A stretch of 64,000 nucleotides of DNA from Bacteroidales bacterium (GTDB lineage Bacteria; Bacteroidota; Bacteroidia; Bacteroidales; Paludibacteraceae), in assembly GCA_050873385.1 (NCBI GenBank), contig JBNMIS010000001.1, positions 20,957-84,956 of the forward strand, given 5' to 3'. Each line of letters begins with the position of its first letter. Within the stretch, counting starts at the first letter, position 1. Below the pieces are notes generated by a model, which was not told the origin of the DNA, did no database searches, and saw only the letters and a program-made list of their open reading frames with translations. Both the position numbers and the translations under genes were made by a program. This document shows, piece after piece, positions 18,129-28,868 of this stretch.

Positions 18129-18241
18129 TCAGACTCGCCATTCAGGGATTGACAAGCAGATACGGACAATACAAAAGGTAATAGGAAAAGAGTTTATACA
18201 AAGTAATTACTCTGACGGATTGGAGTATGTCTTTTTTGTTG

Positions 18242-18249
18242 TATATTTG
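18242..18249 (+). promoter_or_regulatory. -7 promoter box TATATTTG for serB
   Basis: Exact TAnnTTTG match, 27 nt upstream of the ATG at 18276. Confidence 0.55.
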
Positions 18250-18275
18250 CACAAAGAATTCAGCAATCAGACCTT

Positions 18276-19502
18276 ATGAAACAGCACGAAATCATTCTCA
18301 TCACCATTTCAGGAGAAGATCACCCCGGCGTCACATCGTCAATCACACAGATACTGGGGAAATACAATGCCGTTATTCTGGATATCGGGCAAGCCAACCT
18401 ACATCACCAACTGTCGTTAGGGCTGATGTTCAAAATAGAGAATACCCTCCACTCGGGAGATATGCTCAAGGAGATTCTGTTCCGCTGTACGGAATTAGGG
18501 ATGCAAGTCCGATTTACCCCGATTTCCGATGAAGAATATTCAGCATGGGTTATGCGACACGGCAAGCCCCGTCATGTTGTCACGCTGTTGGGACAAGAAA
18601 TCACGGCAAAACAGATATCTCTTGTAACGAAGGCCGTTGCAGACAGGAATCTGAACATAGACTCCATCACCCGTTTGACAGGAAGACCTCCTCTGAACCC
18701 TCCCACGACAGAACATCCACGCTCCTGTGTGGAATTCTCAGTAAGAGGCGACGTCCAAGACAAACACGCTCTCGCAGCGGAATTTCTGGAAATATCCGCC
18801 AAAGAAGGGATTGACATTTCTTTCCAACGCGATGATATATACCGTCGCAACAGACGATTGATCTGTTTTGACATGGATTCCACCCTGATAAAGACGGAAG
18901 TAATCGATGAATTGGCAGACAGAGCGGGGGTAGGAGCGGAAGTGAGAGCCATCACAGAATCTGCCATGCGCGGCGAAATAGACTTCAAGGAGAGTTTCAC
19001 ACGCCGTGTATCCCTATTGAAAGGATTAGACGAATCGGTAATGAAGGACATTGCCGAGCATCTCCCAATCATGGAAGGCGCAGACCGCGTGATGTCCGTA
19101 CTGAAGAAATGCGGCATGAAAATAGCCATTCTATCGGGTGGTTTTACGTATTTCGGCAAGTATCTGCAAGAACGATTCGGCGTGGACTATGTCTATGCAA
19201 ACAACTTAGAGATAGTTGACGGGAAACTTACAGGACGTTATACAGGCGACATCGTTGACGGGAAGAGAAAAGCAGAACTGCTCAACCTGATCGCACAAGT
19301 GGAAAAAATAGATCTGGCACAAGTGATTGCCGTAGGCGACGGCGCAAACGACTTACCCATGCTGAACATCGCAGGCTTAGGCATCGCTTTCCATGCAAAA
19401 CCCAAAGTGAAAGCCAACGCCCAACAATCCATTTCCACAATAGGTTTGGACGGAATACTCTATTTTCTGGGATTCCGAGATGTACATCTTGAGACCCTAT
19501 AA
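18276..19502 (+). CDS. serB: Phosphoserine phosphatase with N-terminal ACT-like domains
   Basis: HAD motif I CFDMDSTLI, later GDGANDLPM, and an N-terminal ACT-like ITISGEDHPGVTS. Confidence 0.85.
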   Translation: MKQHEIILITISGEDHPGVTSSITQILGKYNAVILDIGQANLHHQLSLGLMFKIENTLHSGDMLKEILFRCTELGMQVRFTPISDEEYSAWVMRHGKPRHVVTLLGQEITAKQISLVTKAVADRNLNIDSITRLTGRPPLNPPTTEHPRSCVEFSVRGDVQDKHALAAEFLEISAKEGIDISFQRDDIYRRNRRLICFDMDSTLIKTEVIDELADRAGVGAEVRAITESAMRGEIDFKESFTRRVSLLKGLDESVMKDIAEHLPIMEGADRVMSVLKKCGMKIAILSGGFTYFGKYLQERFGVDYVYANNLEIVDGKLTGRYTGDIVDGKRKAELLNLIAQVEKIDLAQVIAVGDGANDLPMLNIAGLGIAFHAKPKVKANAQQSISTIGLDGILYFLGFRDVHLETL

Positions 19503-19508
19503 AGGAGG

Positions 19509-20417
19509 TTACCACAGTTTTCTGCCATGACAGAGACGGTACACCCCCCATATACAGAACAACGTCACGGCAATACTAACGCAACCGACCCATAAAGTCG
19601 GTCCGGCTCCAAACATGTCGATTTCATCGGTAGAAATTCCACGCATATAGTAGCAATTATACAGCAATACCGCCATTGCATTGTTCATGAAATGTGCCAA
19701 CACAGGCAGCCAAAGGCTTCCGGACCAAACGAGCAAATATCCAAAGAAAGCCCCTAAAAGCATACGGGGAACAAATCCATAAAATTGGAGATGCATCGCC
19801 GAGAACAGGATCGCCGATACCCAAACCGACAAATGGATTGCTGTTTTTGAAATCTGTTTCCCACCACGAGAAAGCACAGCCGGTTGGAACAGTTTCTGTA
19901 TTACACCACGAAAGCAAAGTTCTTCACCTACAGCAGGAAGAAGTGCCATAATGAAAAGATTAGCAAACAATACGCCAACCGTATCAGCCTTGATGAACCG
20001 CTCTGTGAGTACGGCGGCATTATTCTCTTGCGTTTGCATCCACTGCTCCACACCAGCGAGGAAACCAGGCAATTGAATCTGCTGATTACACCAACTCAAC
20101 AGATTGATTCCAGGCAAAGCAAGCAGCATAGTGAGAACGGTGAAGCAGGCAACAACCACCGAGGGTAGTCTATCCATTTGCAAATAGTGCATCGGATGCA
20201 CATCCCACAAATATGCACAAAGCAAGCAGGGAAGAACAAACACGCAGACCGTCTGCAGAGTTTGCAGGAATTTTAAAGCAGCCAGATCTTGCCTTGTACC
20301 ACACACAAGCCCATAGAAAATAACAACAAAAAACGACGATAGCAACATCAGCAACACCAACATAAATATTTTCCACACGGGATGAATGTTGTTAGCCTTT
20401 CCTCTTACAGATTTCAT
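19509..20417 (-). CDS. CPBP family intramembrane glutamic endopeptidase (CAAX protease-like)
   Basis: Motifs EELCFRG, FSAMHL and HFMNN in a polytopic membrane protein. The first ATG is at 20417; the listed ORF begins at a TTG at 20423. Confidence 0.8.
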   Translation of the reverse strand: MKSVRGKANNIHPVWKIFMLVLLMLLSSFFVVIFYGLVCGTRQDLAALKFLQTLQTVCVFVLPCLLCAYLWDVHPMHYLQMDRLPSVVVACFTVLTMLLALPGINLLSWCNQQIQLPGFLAGVEQWMQTQENNAAVLTERFIKADTVGVLFANLFIMALLPAVGEELCFRGVIQKLFQPAVLSRGGKQISKTAIHLSVWVSAILFSAMHLQFYGFVPRMLLGAFFGYLLVWSGSLWLPVLAHFMNNAMAVLLYNCYYMRGISTDEIDMFGAGPTLWVGCVSIAVTLFCIWGVYRLCHGRKLW

Positions 20418-20428
20418 TTTCAATACTA

Positions 20429-22891
20429 TTACAAAGGTTCTACATCTGTAAAAACAGTTGCTGCCTTGGCATCCGGCATTTCACGCACCACCTTTATACA
20501 CTGCAGCAAAAGTTCTTTTGCCTTGGCAAAGGAGCCACTGACTTCTATCTTCAGAATGATTCGACGCTCGTATTGATTATACAGTTTACCAATCACAGGA
20601 GTAATCACAGACGAACAACGCCGTCCAAACACTTGGAACAACTGCTTTTGCAGCAAAGATGCCACCACCTCAACCTGCCTGACGTCTCTATGACGAATAT
20701 ACACTTCCAACAGACGATAAAAGGGAGGATACTTAAACAACCGTCTTTCTTCAATCTGTTGCCGATAGAATGTTTCATAATCATGCGTAATCACCTGTTG
20801 AAGAACAGGATTATCCATTTGATAGGTTTGAATATAGACTTTTCCTTCACACCCCTGCCGTCCCGCACGTCCACTCACCTGTTCCAACTGTTGAAAAGCA
20901 TACTCATAGGCCCGAAAAGACGGTTGATTCATCAAGTTATCCGCATTAAGGACTGCGACCAAACTAACATCCGGAAAATGCAACCCTTTACTAACCATCT
21001 GCGTTCCAATCAATATATCCGCCTCATGGTTGGCAAAAGCATCAAGTATCTGTTGATATGCATCTTTCCTGCGTGTAGTATCCAAGTCCATCCGCACAAC
21101 TTTTGCCTCAGGGAAAAGAGTCTGTACTTCATCTTCAATCTGTTCCGTTCCAAATCCCTTTGTCAGAAGAGGACTTGCACCACACGAGGGACACCGGACA
21201 GGAACGGGAGTGGTGTATCCGCAATAATGGCAAACAAGTTGTCCCAGATTCCGGTGCACCGTGAGCGTTACATCACAATTCACACACTTCGGCACACAGC
21301 CACATTGTTTACACTCAATCTGTGAAGCATATCCTCTCCTGTTTTGGAAGATGATAACCTGCTTATGCCTTTCCGTTTCTTCTTTTATCTTTTCTACCAA
21401 CGGCCATGAGAAGTGCCCATTCATCTCCTTCCGACGATAGTTCTCCTTGAGATCCATAAGGCATATATGCGGTAAAGAGGCATTATTATGACGATGCATC
21501 AACTTTACCAGACCTATCTTCCCATGCAGGGCATTATAATAACTTTCGACGGAAGGAGTGGCTGACCCCAACAAGACTTTTGCCCCATATAAATGAGCCA
21601 AGTAAAAAGCAACCGTACGTGCATGATAACGAGGTGAAGGCTCTTGCTGCTTATAAGAAGAATCGTGCTCTTCGTCCATAACGATAAGCCCCAAGTCGTT
21701 GAAAGCAAGAAACAGGGCTGAGCGGACCCCTAACAACAGTTTGATTTCCCCATGCTGCAGGCGATGGTATATTTCTCCACGTTCTCTTTCAGAAAGACGA
21801 GAATGGTACACCCCTAATTGTTTACCAAACACAGAAAACAACCTTTCGCTCAATTGAGCCGTGAGTGCTATTTCCGGGACAAGATAGAGCACTTGTCTTC
21901 CCATTGCCAGCATATTCTCAATCAAATGGATGTAGACCTCCGTCTTCCCACTTGCAGTCACTCCATAGAGCAATACAACATTCTTAGTTTGCCATTGTTC
22001 TTTTATTTGAGAAAGTGCTTCCTGCTGAAACGGATTAAGCCCGTTTTTCTCCTGAAGCGACCCGGTCAATCCTATAGATTCATCCACCAGCAATCGTTCT
22101 TCCTTCAGAATCTTCTTCTCCAAAAGACTCTTCAATGCAGACTCGGAGAAACCATCTTGTTGAAGCAATACTTTCCTGCTGACCGGCTTTTCTGATGCAA
22201 CAAGCACATCACCACACCGTTCTTGACAAAAATGTCTCAGTATTTCACATTGTTTCGGAGCATTCTTTAGTAGCCTGAAAGTCTGTTGCAATCCGGTTTC
22301 ATCCAATAAATCAGCAGACAAAGAATAGAACACCCCGGGGTTTCGAACAAGACGTTCTCTGACATTTTCTTCCACTTGCACACATCCCTCATCTATCAAG
22401 CGTTTAAGAGCATGGGCAACAGATTTTATCCCTATAATTTTCCCCAATTCCTTCACCTCTCTCGGTTTGCCATCTGCGAGCAGGTCCAATATATTACGCT
22501 GCGATACAGACAACCTATCCGCTGGCATAATCACCTCCTTATTCAGAGATATTCGTGTCTCACTCTCCAATTTGAATATTGCAGGCAAAGCGGCTTTCAT
22601 GACTTCCCCTACAGAACAAAGATAATAACCGGACAACCATTGCCAAAGATTCAATTGCGGCTCTGTAAGAACAGGCTCTCTATCCAAAAAGCAAATGATA
22701 TCCTTTATCTTCACTCCCGTCAGTTCTGTCGGGGTCTCAGACAATGCAGATTGCATAATACCCGTAAATATTTTGTTGCCTACCGGCAACAACGCACGCA
22801 TTCCCACATGAGACAATTCAACCATTTCATCGGGTATATTATAGATGAATGTACCCTCAATGGCAAGCGGGAGAATAAAGTTGGCAAACAT
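20429..22891 (-). CDS. priA: Primosomal protein N' (replication restart helicase)
   Basis: Walker A GVTASGKTEVY, DEEHD box, and the Cys-rich zinc-binding insert CKQCGCVPKCVNCDVTLTVH..CHYCG..CPSCG. 820 aa. Confidence 0.9.
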   Translation of the reverse strand: MFANFILPLAIEGTFIYNIPDEMVELSHVGMRALLPVGNKIFTGIMQSALSETPTELTGVKIKDIICFLDREPVLTEPQLNLWQWLSGYYLCSVGEVMKAALPAIFKLESETRISLNKEVIMPADRLSVSQRNILDLLADGKPREVKELGKIIGIKSVAHALKRLIDEGCVQVEENVRERLVRNPGVFYSLSADLLDETGLQQTFRLLKNAPKQCEILRHFCQERCGDVLVASEKPVSRKVLLQQDGFSESALKSLLEKKILKEERLLVDESIGLTGSLQEKNGLNPFQQEALSQIKEQWQTKNVVLLYGVTASGKTEVYIHLIENMLAMGRQVLYLVPEIALTAQLSERLFSVFGKQLGVYHSRLSERERGEIYHRLQHGEIKLLLGVRSALFLAFNDLGLIVMDEEHDSSYKQQEPSPRYHARTVAFYLAHLYGAKVLLGSATPSVESYYNALHGKIGLVKLMHRHNNASLPHICLMDLKENYRRKEMNGHFSWPLVEKIKEETERHKQVIIFQNRRGYASQIECKQCGCVPKCVNCDVTLTVHRNLGQLVCHYCGYTTPVPVRCPSCGASPLLTKGFGTEQIEDEVQTLFPEAKVVRMDLDTTRRKDAYQQILDAFANHEADILIGTQMVSKGLHFPDVSLVAVLNADNLMNQPSFRAYEYAFQQLEQVSGRAGRQGCEGKVYIQTYQMDNPVLQQVITHDYETFYRQQIEERRLFKYPPFYRLLEVYIRHRDVRQVEVVASLLQKQLFQVFGRRCSSVITPVIGKLYNQYERRIILKIEVSGSFAKAKELLLQCIKVVREMPDAKAATVFTDVEPL

Positions 22892-22910
22892 ATAACCGCG
22901 ACGAGAAGAA

Positions 22911-23510
22911 CTACTCTGCCGGCTGTGATTCCGAAATCTTCAATTGTTCATAGCAATGCCGGCAAATCGGCTCATATTCCGCCGTTTCACCGAGTAAAAT
23001 CTGCTTGGTACTATTCACCAACCGGTGAGAGACATATGCAAGGTCTCCACAACGGACACATATAGCATGCACCTTATAAACATCTTCTGCAATCGCCATC
23101 AGCGCCGGCATTGCACCGAAAGGATGTCCCAGAAAGTCCATATCCAAACCTGCGACTATAACACGGACGCCAGAATTTGCCAACTGCACACACACATCCA
23201 CGATGCCCTCATCAAAGAACTGCGCTTCATCAATACCCACCACCTCTACATCCGTTGCCAGAAGAAGGATATTGCCAGAAGAATCGACCGGAGTGGACGG
23301 AATGGTGTTTCTATCGTGCGAAACGACGTCCACATCCGAATAGCGCACATCCAAAGCAGGTTTGAATATTTCCACCTTCTGCTTAGCAAACTGAGCACGT
23401 TTCATCCTCCGGATAAGTTCTTCCGTTTTACCTGAAAACATACTCCCACAGATAACTTCTATACTTCCTCTCCGCTGCTTAGGCGATTGCTGATCTCTTT
23501 CTGAAAACAT
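22911..23510 (-). CDS. tdk: Thymidine kinase
   Basis: [15 protein letters not shown]-loop, IDEAQFF, and the C-terminal zinc ribbon CVRCG...CRHCY. Confidence 0.9.
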   Translation of the reverse strand: MFSERDQQSPKQRRGSIEVICGSMFSGKTEELIRRMKRAQFAKQKVEIFKPALDVRYSDVDVVSHDRNTIPSTPVDSSGNILLLATDVEVVGIDEAQFFDEGIVDVCVQLANSGVRVIVAGLDMDFLGHPFGAMPALMAIAEDVYKVHAICVRCGDLAYVSHRLVNSTKQILLGETAEYEPICRHCYEQLKISESQPAE

Positions 23511-23516
23511 GGCGTG

Positions 23517-25274
23517 TTAATTATGACGGTTGTTTGTATATATAATTTTCTCTTTGTCTGCAGGGAAATGTACGTCTTGCACCATTATTTGCAACGATGT
23601 GGTACCCTTGTACACATTTTTCTCTACACTATAGCAGATATCCATCTTGTCTCCAGAAAGGAGACGATTCGCCAATTCGCCTTTACCAAAGGCGATTCCC
23701 GCCATTGCATGCTGCCCATCGTCCGTCACATCCAACCGCAAATGCTCCGCTGATTTTCCAACTGCCCTAGTGTAGCGGTAATTGGATATTCCCTGTGTCA
23801 CAAAGAGTGGCTTCGGATTTCCCGGTCCAAAAGGTTCCAAATGCTGCAATATATTGAAGAATTGACTTGTGATATCGGCAAAAGACAATTCACATTCCGC
23901 CTGAATGGTATGCAACAACTGTTCAGGCAAAATATGCTCTCGCACATACCGTTCAAACCTTTCCCTGAATGCAGGGTAATTTTCCGCTTTCATAGACAAA
24001 CCCGCCGCAAACATATGTCCTCCGAAGTTATCCAGCAAATCGCGACAAGAGTCAATGGCTGTGTATATATCAAATCCGGCAACAGACCGGGCAGATCCGG
24101 ACACTACTCCATCACACTCAGTCAGTACTATTGTAGGGCGGTAGTACTTTTCAGTCAGTCTTGAAGCCACAATACCTATCACACCCTTATGCCAACCCTT
24201 CCCACAGACCACATTGGTTCGTCTTTGCAAGTTTTCGGAATCTTCTTCCAAAAGCCGCAATGCCTCACCGGTTGTTGTCTGGTCCAAATCCTTTCTGGTC
24301 TGATTATGTTCATTGATAGCCTTGCTTATTTGGCTCGCCTCCCGTTCGTCTTGCGTAATCAAGAGTTGTACGGCCTCTCTACCCGACTCTATTCTTCCGC
24401 AAGCATTCAAGCGCGGTCCGATGCGATAGACCAAATCTGACATCGTCACTTTCCCTTGCTGCAAATCAGTTATTTGCAACAAATTCATCACCCCAACAGA
24501 AGGACAAGTATTTATCATTTTCAGCCCATGGTATGCAAGGATTCTGTTCTCTCCCACAACAGGAACGATATCAGATGCGATGCTCATGGCTGTCAGTTCA
24601 AGCAAAGGCAGCAACTCATCAGGGCTGATATTCTTCTCTCGGGCAAATGCCTGCATCAAGCAAAACCCCACTCCACAACCCGACAACTCCTTGTACGGAA
24701 ACGCACAGTCCGTCCGTTTAGGGTCCAAAACAGCGACAGCCTGAGGCACCTCCGCCCCTGGCAAATGGTGATCACAGATTATAAAGTCGATGTTTTTCCC
24801 TGCAGCATACCGGACCTGTTCGTTGTTGCGGATGCCACAATCCAATGCAATAATGAGCGAACATCCCTTTTGCGCCGCGTAATCCACCCCTTTACAGGAC
24901 ACCCCGTACCCCTCCGTGTACCTATCAGGAATATAGAAATCAATGGCAGAATAGTGTTTTCTCAGGAAACGATACACCAGAGCAACCGCTGTCGTCCCGT
25001 CCACATCGTAATCACCATAAATCAAAATCTTTTCATTTCCATCAATCGCTACCAACAGGCGCCGCACTGCCTTATCCATATCCTTCATAAGGAACGGATC
25101 TGCCAAGTCTGTCAGTTTAGGAGAAATGAAATCACGTGCAGACTGCGGAGTGAGCAAACCTCTCCGAACGAGGACAGACGCCGAGACCAAACTAATATTC
25201 AGTTCGCCGGCCAACTCCTTCGCAGTTTGTTTTTCCGCATAGGACAACTCATGTATTTCCCAAACAGATTGCAT
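23517..25274 (-). CDS. recJ: Single-stranded-DNA-specific exonuclease RecJ
   Basis: DHH family motifs: IYGDYDVDGTT, ALDCG, ICDHHLPG and GGHMFAAG. Confidence 0.9.
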   Translation of the reverse strand: MQSVWEIHELSYAEKQTAKELAGELNISLVSASVLVRRGLLTPQSARDFISPKLTDLADPFLMKDMDKAVRRLLVAIDGNEKILIYGDYDVDGTTAVALVYRFLRKHYSAIDFYIPDRYTEGYGVSCKGVDYAAQKGCSLIIALDCGIRNNEQVRYAAGKNIDFIICDHHLPGAEVPQAVAVLDPKRTDCAFPYKELSGCGVGFCLMQAFAREKNISPDELLPLLELTAMSIASDIVPVVGENRILAYHGLKMINTCPSVGVMNLLQITDLQQGKVTMSDLVYRIGPRLNACGRIESGREAVQLLITQDEREASQISKAINEHNQTRKDLDQTTTGEALRLLEEDSENLQRRTNVVCGKGWHKGVIGIVASRLTEKYYRPTIVLTECDGVVSGSARSVAGFDIYTAIDSCRDLLDNFGGHMFAAGLSMKAENYPAFRERFERYVREHILPEQLLHTIQAECELSFADITSQFFNILQHLEPFGPGNPKPLFVTQGISNYRYTRAVGKSAEHLRLDVTDDGQHAMAGIAFGKGELANRLLSGDKMDICYSVEKNVYKGTTSLQIMVQDVHFPADKEKIIYTNNRHN

Positions 25275-25393
25275 AAAAAGCAGATTCGGTATCGTATAAT
25301 TGAGCGTGTAAAGGTAATACTTTCAAGCCACATTCACAAATCGATGTGTCCAAGAATGCAACAAAAGAGTCCGGCATAACACCGAACTCTTTG

Positions 25394-25467
25394 TAGCGGG
25401 ACCCGGGATTGAACCGGGGACCTCATGATTATGAATCATGCGCTCTAACCAGCTGAGCTATCCCGCC
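25394..25467 (-). tRNA. tRNA with CAT anticodon (elongator Met, or Ile2 if lysidine-modified); CCA not encoded
   Basis: The reverse complement reads GGCGGGA-TA-GCTC-AGCTGGTTA-GAGC-G-CATGA-TTCATAA-TCATG-AGGTC-CCCGG-TTCAATC-CCGGG-TCCCGCT-A. This is a full cloverleaf with a G1-U72 wobble. The anticodon stem lacks the three G-C pairs of initiator tRNA. Confidence 0.85.
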
Positions 25468-25518
25468 ATCTCCCGCTTCTGCACAGAAGCGACCACGCTC
25501 CTTCAGGAGAAGCGGCTG

Positions 25519-25526
25519 CAAAGGTA
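25519..25526 (-). promoter_or_regulatory. -7 promoter box (TACCTTTG on the minus strand) upstream of the tRNA
   Basis: caaaggta on the plus strand, 52 nt upstream of the tRNA 5' end and downstream of the metG stop. Confidence 0.5.
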
Positions 25527-25570
25527 CAACAAGTTTTTGAAATGCGCAAGCATTTACTTATTTTCTTACA

Positions 25571-27625
25571 CTACCCGACACAAACTCCATTTACCACGGG
25601 GGCAGAAGGTGCCGTTACTACCAATTTCCCATCTGCATTCACAGCGGAAAGAATCATACCTTCCGACTCCATACCCATCATTTTCCGCGGAGGGAAGTTT
25701 GCAACAAAAAGAACCTGTTTGCCTACCAAAACCTGCGGATCGGGATAACTATGAGCAATACCCGACAAGATGGTCCGTCCACCCATTCCGTCATCGATGC
25801 GGAACTGAAGCAGTTTATCAGATTTTTTCACTTTCTGACACTCCAGCACTGTTCCCACACGAATGTCCATCTTATCGAAATCGTCAATAGTTGCCGCTTT
25901 TTTTACCGCTTCAGGCTGGAATAACTTCAACTGATTTTCCTTTTTGATCCGTGCCAACCGGTCCAATTGCGCCTGTATGGCATCATCTTCTATCTTCTCG
26001 AACAGCAATTGGGGTTCATTCAACCGGTGGCCCACCTCCAAGAGTCCGGTATCGCCCAATCTATTCCAGAGCACTTCATCCAAATTAAGCATCGTACGCA
26101 GTTTGGCCGACGAGAACGGAAGGAACGGTTCGAACGCAATACTCAAGTTTGCTGCAATCTGCAAACTGAGATTAAGGATAGTCCCCACTCTGTTCATATC
26201 GGTTTTTGCCAACTTCCACGGCTCCGTGTCAGCCAGATACTTATTCCCTATCCGCGCGAGATTCATAGCCTCTTTTTGCGCTTCGCGGAAACGGAACTGA
26301 TCCAAGTTATCCTCCAATCGCCGCTTCACATCGCTAAACTCACGAACAGTCTGCAGGTCGTATTCATCAAATTCGGCCGCAGCAGGTACTTTCCCAGCAA
26401 AATACTTATGCGTCAGCACCATTGCACGGTTGATGAAATTACCAAAGATAGCGACCAACTCGTTGTTGTTGCGTGCCTGGAAATCGCTCCAAGTGAAATC
26501 ATTGTCTTTCGTCTCCGGCGCATTGGCGGTAAGAACATAGCGCAAAACATCCTGCTTTCCGGGGAAATCGCGCAAGTACTCATGCAACCATACAGCCCAA
26601 TTGCGGGATGTGGAGATCTTGTCTCCCTCCAAATTCAAGAACTCATTGGACGGCACATTGTCGGGCAATATGAAAGAGCCTTCCGCCTTAAGCATTGCAG
26701 GGAAGACAATGCAATGGAAGACGATATTGTCTTTCCCGATGAAGTGGACAAGACGCGTATCTTCGGATTTCCACCACGTTTTCCAATCACCGAAGCGTTC
26801 AGGTTCCGCCTCACAGAGTTCCTGTGTATTGGAAATATACCCGATTGGTGCATCGAACCAGACATACAGCACTTTCCCTTCCGCCCCTTCAACAGGCAAC
26901 GGGATACCCCAATCCAAGTCACGGCTGACAGCACGCGGCTGAAGTCCCTGGTCGAGCCAAGACTTGCATTGTCCATAGACATTTGGACGCCATTCCTTAT
27001 GCCCCTCCAGAATCCACTTACGCAACCATGCTTCATGCTTATCAAGAGGCAGATACCAATGCTTCGTTTCGCGTTTTACGAGAGGACTACCCGAAATAGC
27101 GGATTTAGGATTGATCAACTCATCCGGCGACAAAGACGAACCGCACTTTTCGCATTGGTCGCCATAGGCGCCTTGAGCGTGACAATGAGGACATTCCCCC
27201 ACAATATAGCGATCGGCAAGAAAAGTTTTCGCCTCCTCGTCGTAGTACTGCATTGACGTTTTGGTAATGAATTCGCCCTTATCGTAAAGGGTCTTGAAGA
27301 ATGCAGACGCCGTCTTGCAATGCTGTGCAGATGTTGTACGGGAATATATATCGAACGAGATACCGAACTCTTCGAATGATTTCTTAATCAGCGTATGGTA
27401 GCGATCCACGATGTCCTGCGGCGTCACGCCTTCGCGACGTGCTTTAATCGTAATGGGGACTCCGTGTTCATCGCTTCCTCCGATGAACATAACATCTTCC
27501 CCCTTGAGACGCAAGTAGCGTACATAGATGTCGGCAGGAACATAGACTCCCGCAAGATGCCCAATATGCACGGGTCCGTTAGCATAGGGAAGAGCCGAGG
27601 TTACAAGTGTTCTTTTGAATTTCAT
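25571..27625 (-). CDS. metG: Methionine--tRNA ligase with C-terminal tRNA-binding (EMAP-like) domain
   Basis: [16 protein letters not shown] (HIGH motif), zinc knuckle [20 protein letters not shown] (KMSKS-like motif). 684 aa. Confidence 0.92.
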   Translation of the reverse strand: MKFKRTLVTSALPYANGPVHIGHLAGVYVPADIYVRYLRLKGEDVMFIGGSDEHGVPITIKARREGVTPQDIVDRYHTLIKKSFEEFGISFDIYSRTTSAQHCKTASAFFKTLYDKGEFITKTSMQYYDEEAKTFLADRYIVGECPHCHAQGAYGDQCEKCGSSLSPDELINPKSAISGSPLVKRETKHWYLPLDKHEAWLRKWILEGHKEWRPNVYGQCKSWLDQGLQPRAVSRDLDWGIPLPVEGAEGKVLYVWFDAPIGYISNTQELCEAEPERFGDWKTWWKSEDTRLVHFIGKDNIVFHCIVFPAMLKAEGSFILPDNVPSNEFLNLEGDKISTSRNWAVWLHEYLRDFPGKQDVLRYVLTANAPETKDNDFTWSDFQARNNNELVAIFGNFINRAMVLTHKYFAGKVPAAAEFDEYDLQTVREFSDVKRRLEDNLDQFRFREAQKEAMNLARIGNKYLADTEPWKLAKTDMNRVGTILNLSLQIAANLSIAFEPFLPFSSAKLRTMLNLDEVLWNRLGDTGLLEVGHRLNEPQLLFEKIEDDAIQAQLDRLARIKKENQLKLFQPEAVKKAATIDDFDKMDIRVGTVLECQKVKKSDKLLQFRIDDGMGGRTILSGIAHSYPDPQVLVGKQVLFVANFPPRKMMGMESEGMILSAVNADGKLVVTAPSAPVVNGVCVG

Positions 27626-27724
27626 AAACGTTCATTTTAGAATGATTGCTGCAGCAAAAAGTGTAAAAAATGAGCAAAAATGCAGAGTTTCTTCTATTTA
27701 TTTGCTTGCGTCAATCTTTTGTAG

Positions 27725-27732
27725 TATTTTTG
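27725..27732 (+). promoter_or_regulatory. -7 promoter box TATTTTTG upstream of the outer-membrane protein gene
   Basis: Exact TAnnTTTG match, 70 nt upstream of the ATG at 27802. Confidence 0.45.
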
Positions 27733-27801
27733 TACACTGAAACTTTGCGCAAAGGTAGTGCAAGTTTTGCAAACATGCAAGGAAGAAAACAAGAAGGCAT
27801 C

Positions 27802-28743
27802 ATGAAAAGGAGATTATACACAGGCATCGGCTTATTGTTGTGTTGCAGTATGGTAGCCACGGCTCAAGTGAAGAATTATGTTTCGCTGTGGGGGAACGTG
27901 GGAGAGGCATCACTCTTGAGCAAATTAGACAATATGCCGACCAACAGGAGTATGGGTATCGGCGGAGGATTAGGTGTCGGTTACGAACTGAATGCCAACC
28001 ACTTCTTGTTCACCGTCGGTTTATCAGCCAACATCGCTCATTCCGCCTTTAATTTGAGCGGAGGAGAATCGACTTTTGACGCAATAGACACCCAAGGAGA
28101 TCCTTTGGAATTTATCATCTCCACCAACGAGAGAAAAGATGTCTATACGAACACAAGCATTCAAGTACCTCTGATGGCCGGCGGCGAATTCGGGCGGTTT
28201 TATTTCTTAGCCGGTGCAAAATTTGATTTAAGCGTAAATTGCGCCACCAACGTAAAGGCAACAGTACGAACAGTGGGCGACTACACGAATACACTCGGTT
28301 TTATAGACAAGTTTACCAACATGCCCGAGCATGGTTTTTATGAAAACGCCGAGTTCAACGCACAACAGGGAAAGATACAATTCAATCCCAATGTCATGGC
28401 TTCTGCGGAGATAGGCTGGCGCTTAGGATTAGTGGCAAAAGGTACAGGTTATGATGTTCCAAAGCCTAAGACTCACTATCGAATCGCTTTGTTTGCCGAC
28501 TATGGTCTGCTGGATTTACACCAACGCGGTCAGAAAGAATTTTTCACATGGACAGACGCCGTGATAGACTATGACTGCTTGAATTATATCGGCATGAATG
28601 ACGTTTTATCAACAGACCGTGCACCAAAAGCCGTAAACAACCTGCTGGTAGGTGTAAAGTTCACCGTATTGTTCCAATTGCCAGAGCGCAAGGCTTGCGT
28701 TATCTGTCGAGACGGGTATCGCGGAAACTACCGCAACTATTAA
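27802..28743 (+). CDS. Putative outer-membrane beta-barrel protein
   Basis: ATG at 27802 gives the signal peptide MKRRLYTGIGLLLCCSMVATAQ. The body has alternating amphipathic beta-strand segments rich in G/Y/F (GGGLGVGYEL.., FLAGAKFDL.., LVGVKFTVLF). No specific family was recognised. Confidence 0.55.
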   Translation: MKRRLYTGIGLLLCCSMVATAQVKNYVSLWGNVGEASLLSKLDNMPTNRSMGIGGGLGVGYELNANHFLFTVGLSANIAHSAFNLSGGESTFDAIDTQGDPLEFIISTNERKDVYTNTSIQVPLMAGGEFGRFYFLAGAKFDLSVNCATNVKATVRTVGDYTNTLGFIDKFTNMPEHGFYENAEFNAQQGKIQFNPNVMASAEIGWRLGLVAKGTGYDVPKPKTHYRIALFADYGLLDLHQRGQKEFFTWTDAVIDYDCLNYIGMNDVLSTDRAPKAVNNLLVGVKFTVLFQLPERKACVICRDGYRGNYRNY

Positions 28744-28772
28744 AGATTTTCCAGAAGTCAAAGAAAAAAAGG

Positions 28773-28809
28773 CTGCCACTCTCCTCAAAAGGATGGTGGC
28801 AGTTTTTTT
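28773..28809 (+). terminator. Rho-independent terminator of the outer-membrane protein gene
   Basis: ctgccac (28773-28779) pairs with gtggcag (28796-28802), with inner tcc/gga pairs, followed by ttttttt (28803-28809). Confidence 0.8.
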
Positions 28810-28824
28810 ACAATATACAGAACA

Positions 28825-28868
28825 TCTCCTTCAGGGGTGCTTCAGGTCCCGTTGAGGTTGCCTTGAAA
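28825..28868 (+). repeat. Copy D of the interspersed 11-nt-unit intergenic element
   Basis: tctccttcagg (28825) | ggtgcttcagg (28836) | tcccgttgagg (28847) | ttgccttgaaa (28858). Begins 16 nt after the terminator T-run. Confidence 0.8.

Noticed and set aside
17951-18169. Minus-strand ORFs running through element copies share the peptide DPSTGDR. These are 17951..18169 through copy C and 36815..37012 through copy E, which suggested a small conserved protein.
   Set aside because: The shared peptide is just the translation of the identical 17-mer. The other copies fall into different frames because the repeat period is 11 nt. Flanking residues are unrelated, and there are no start or promoter signals.
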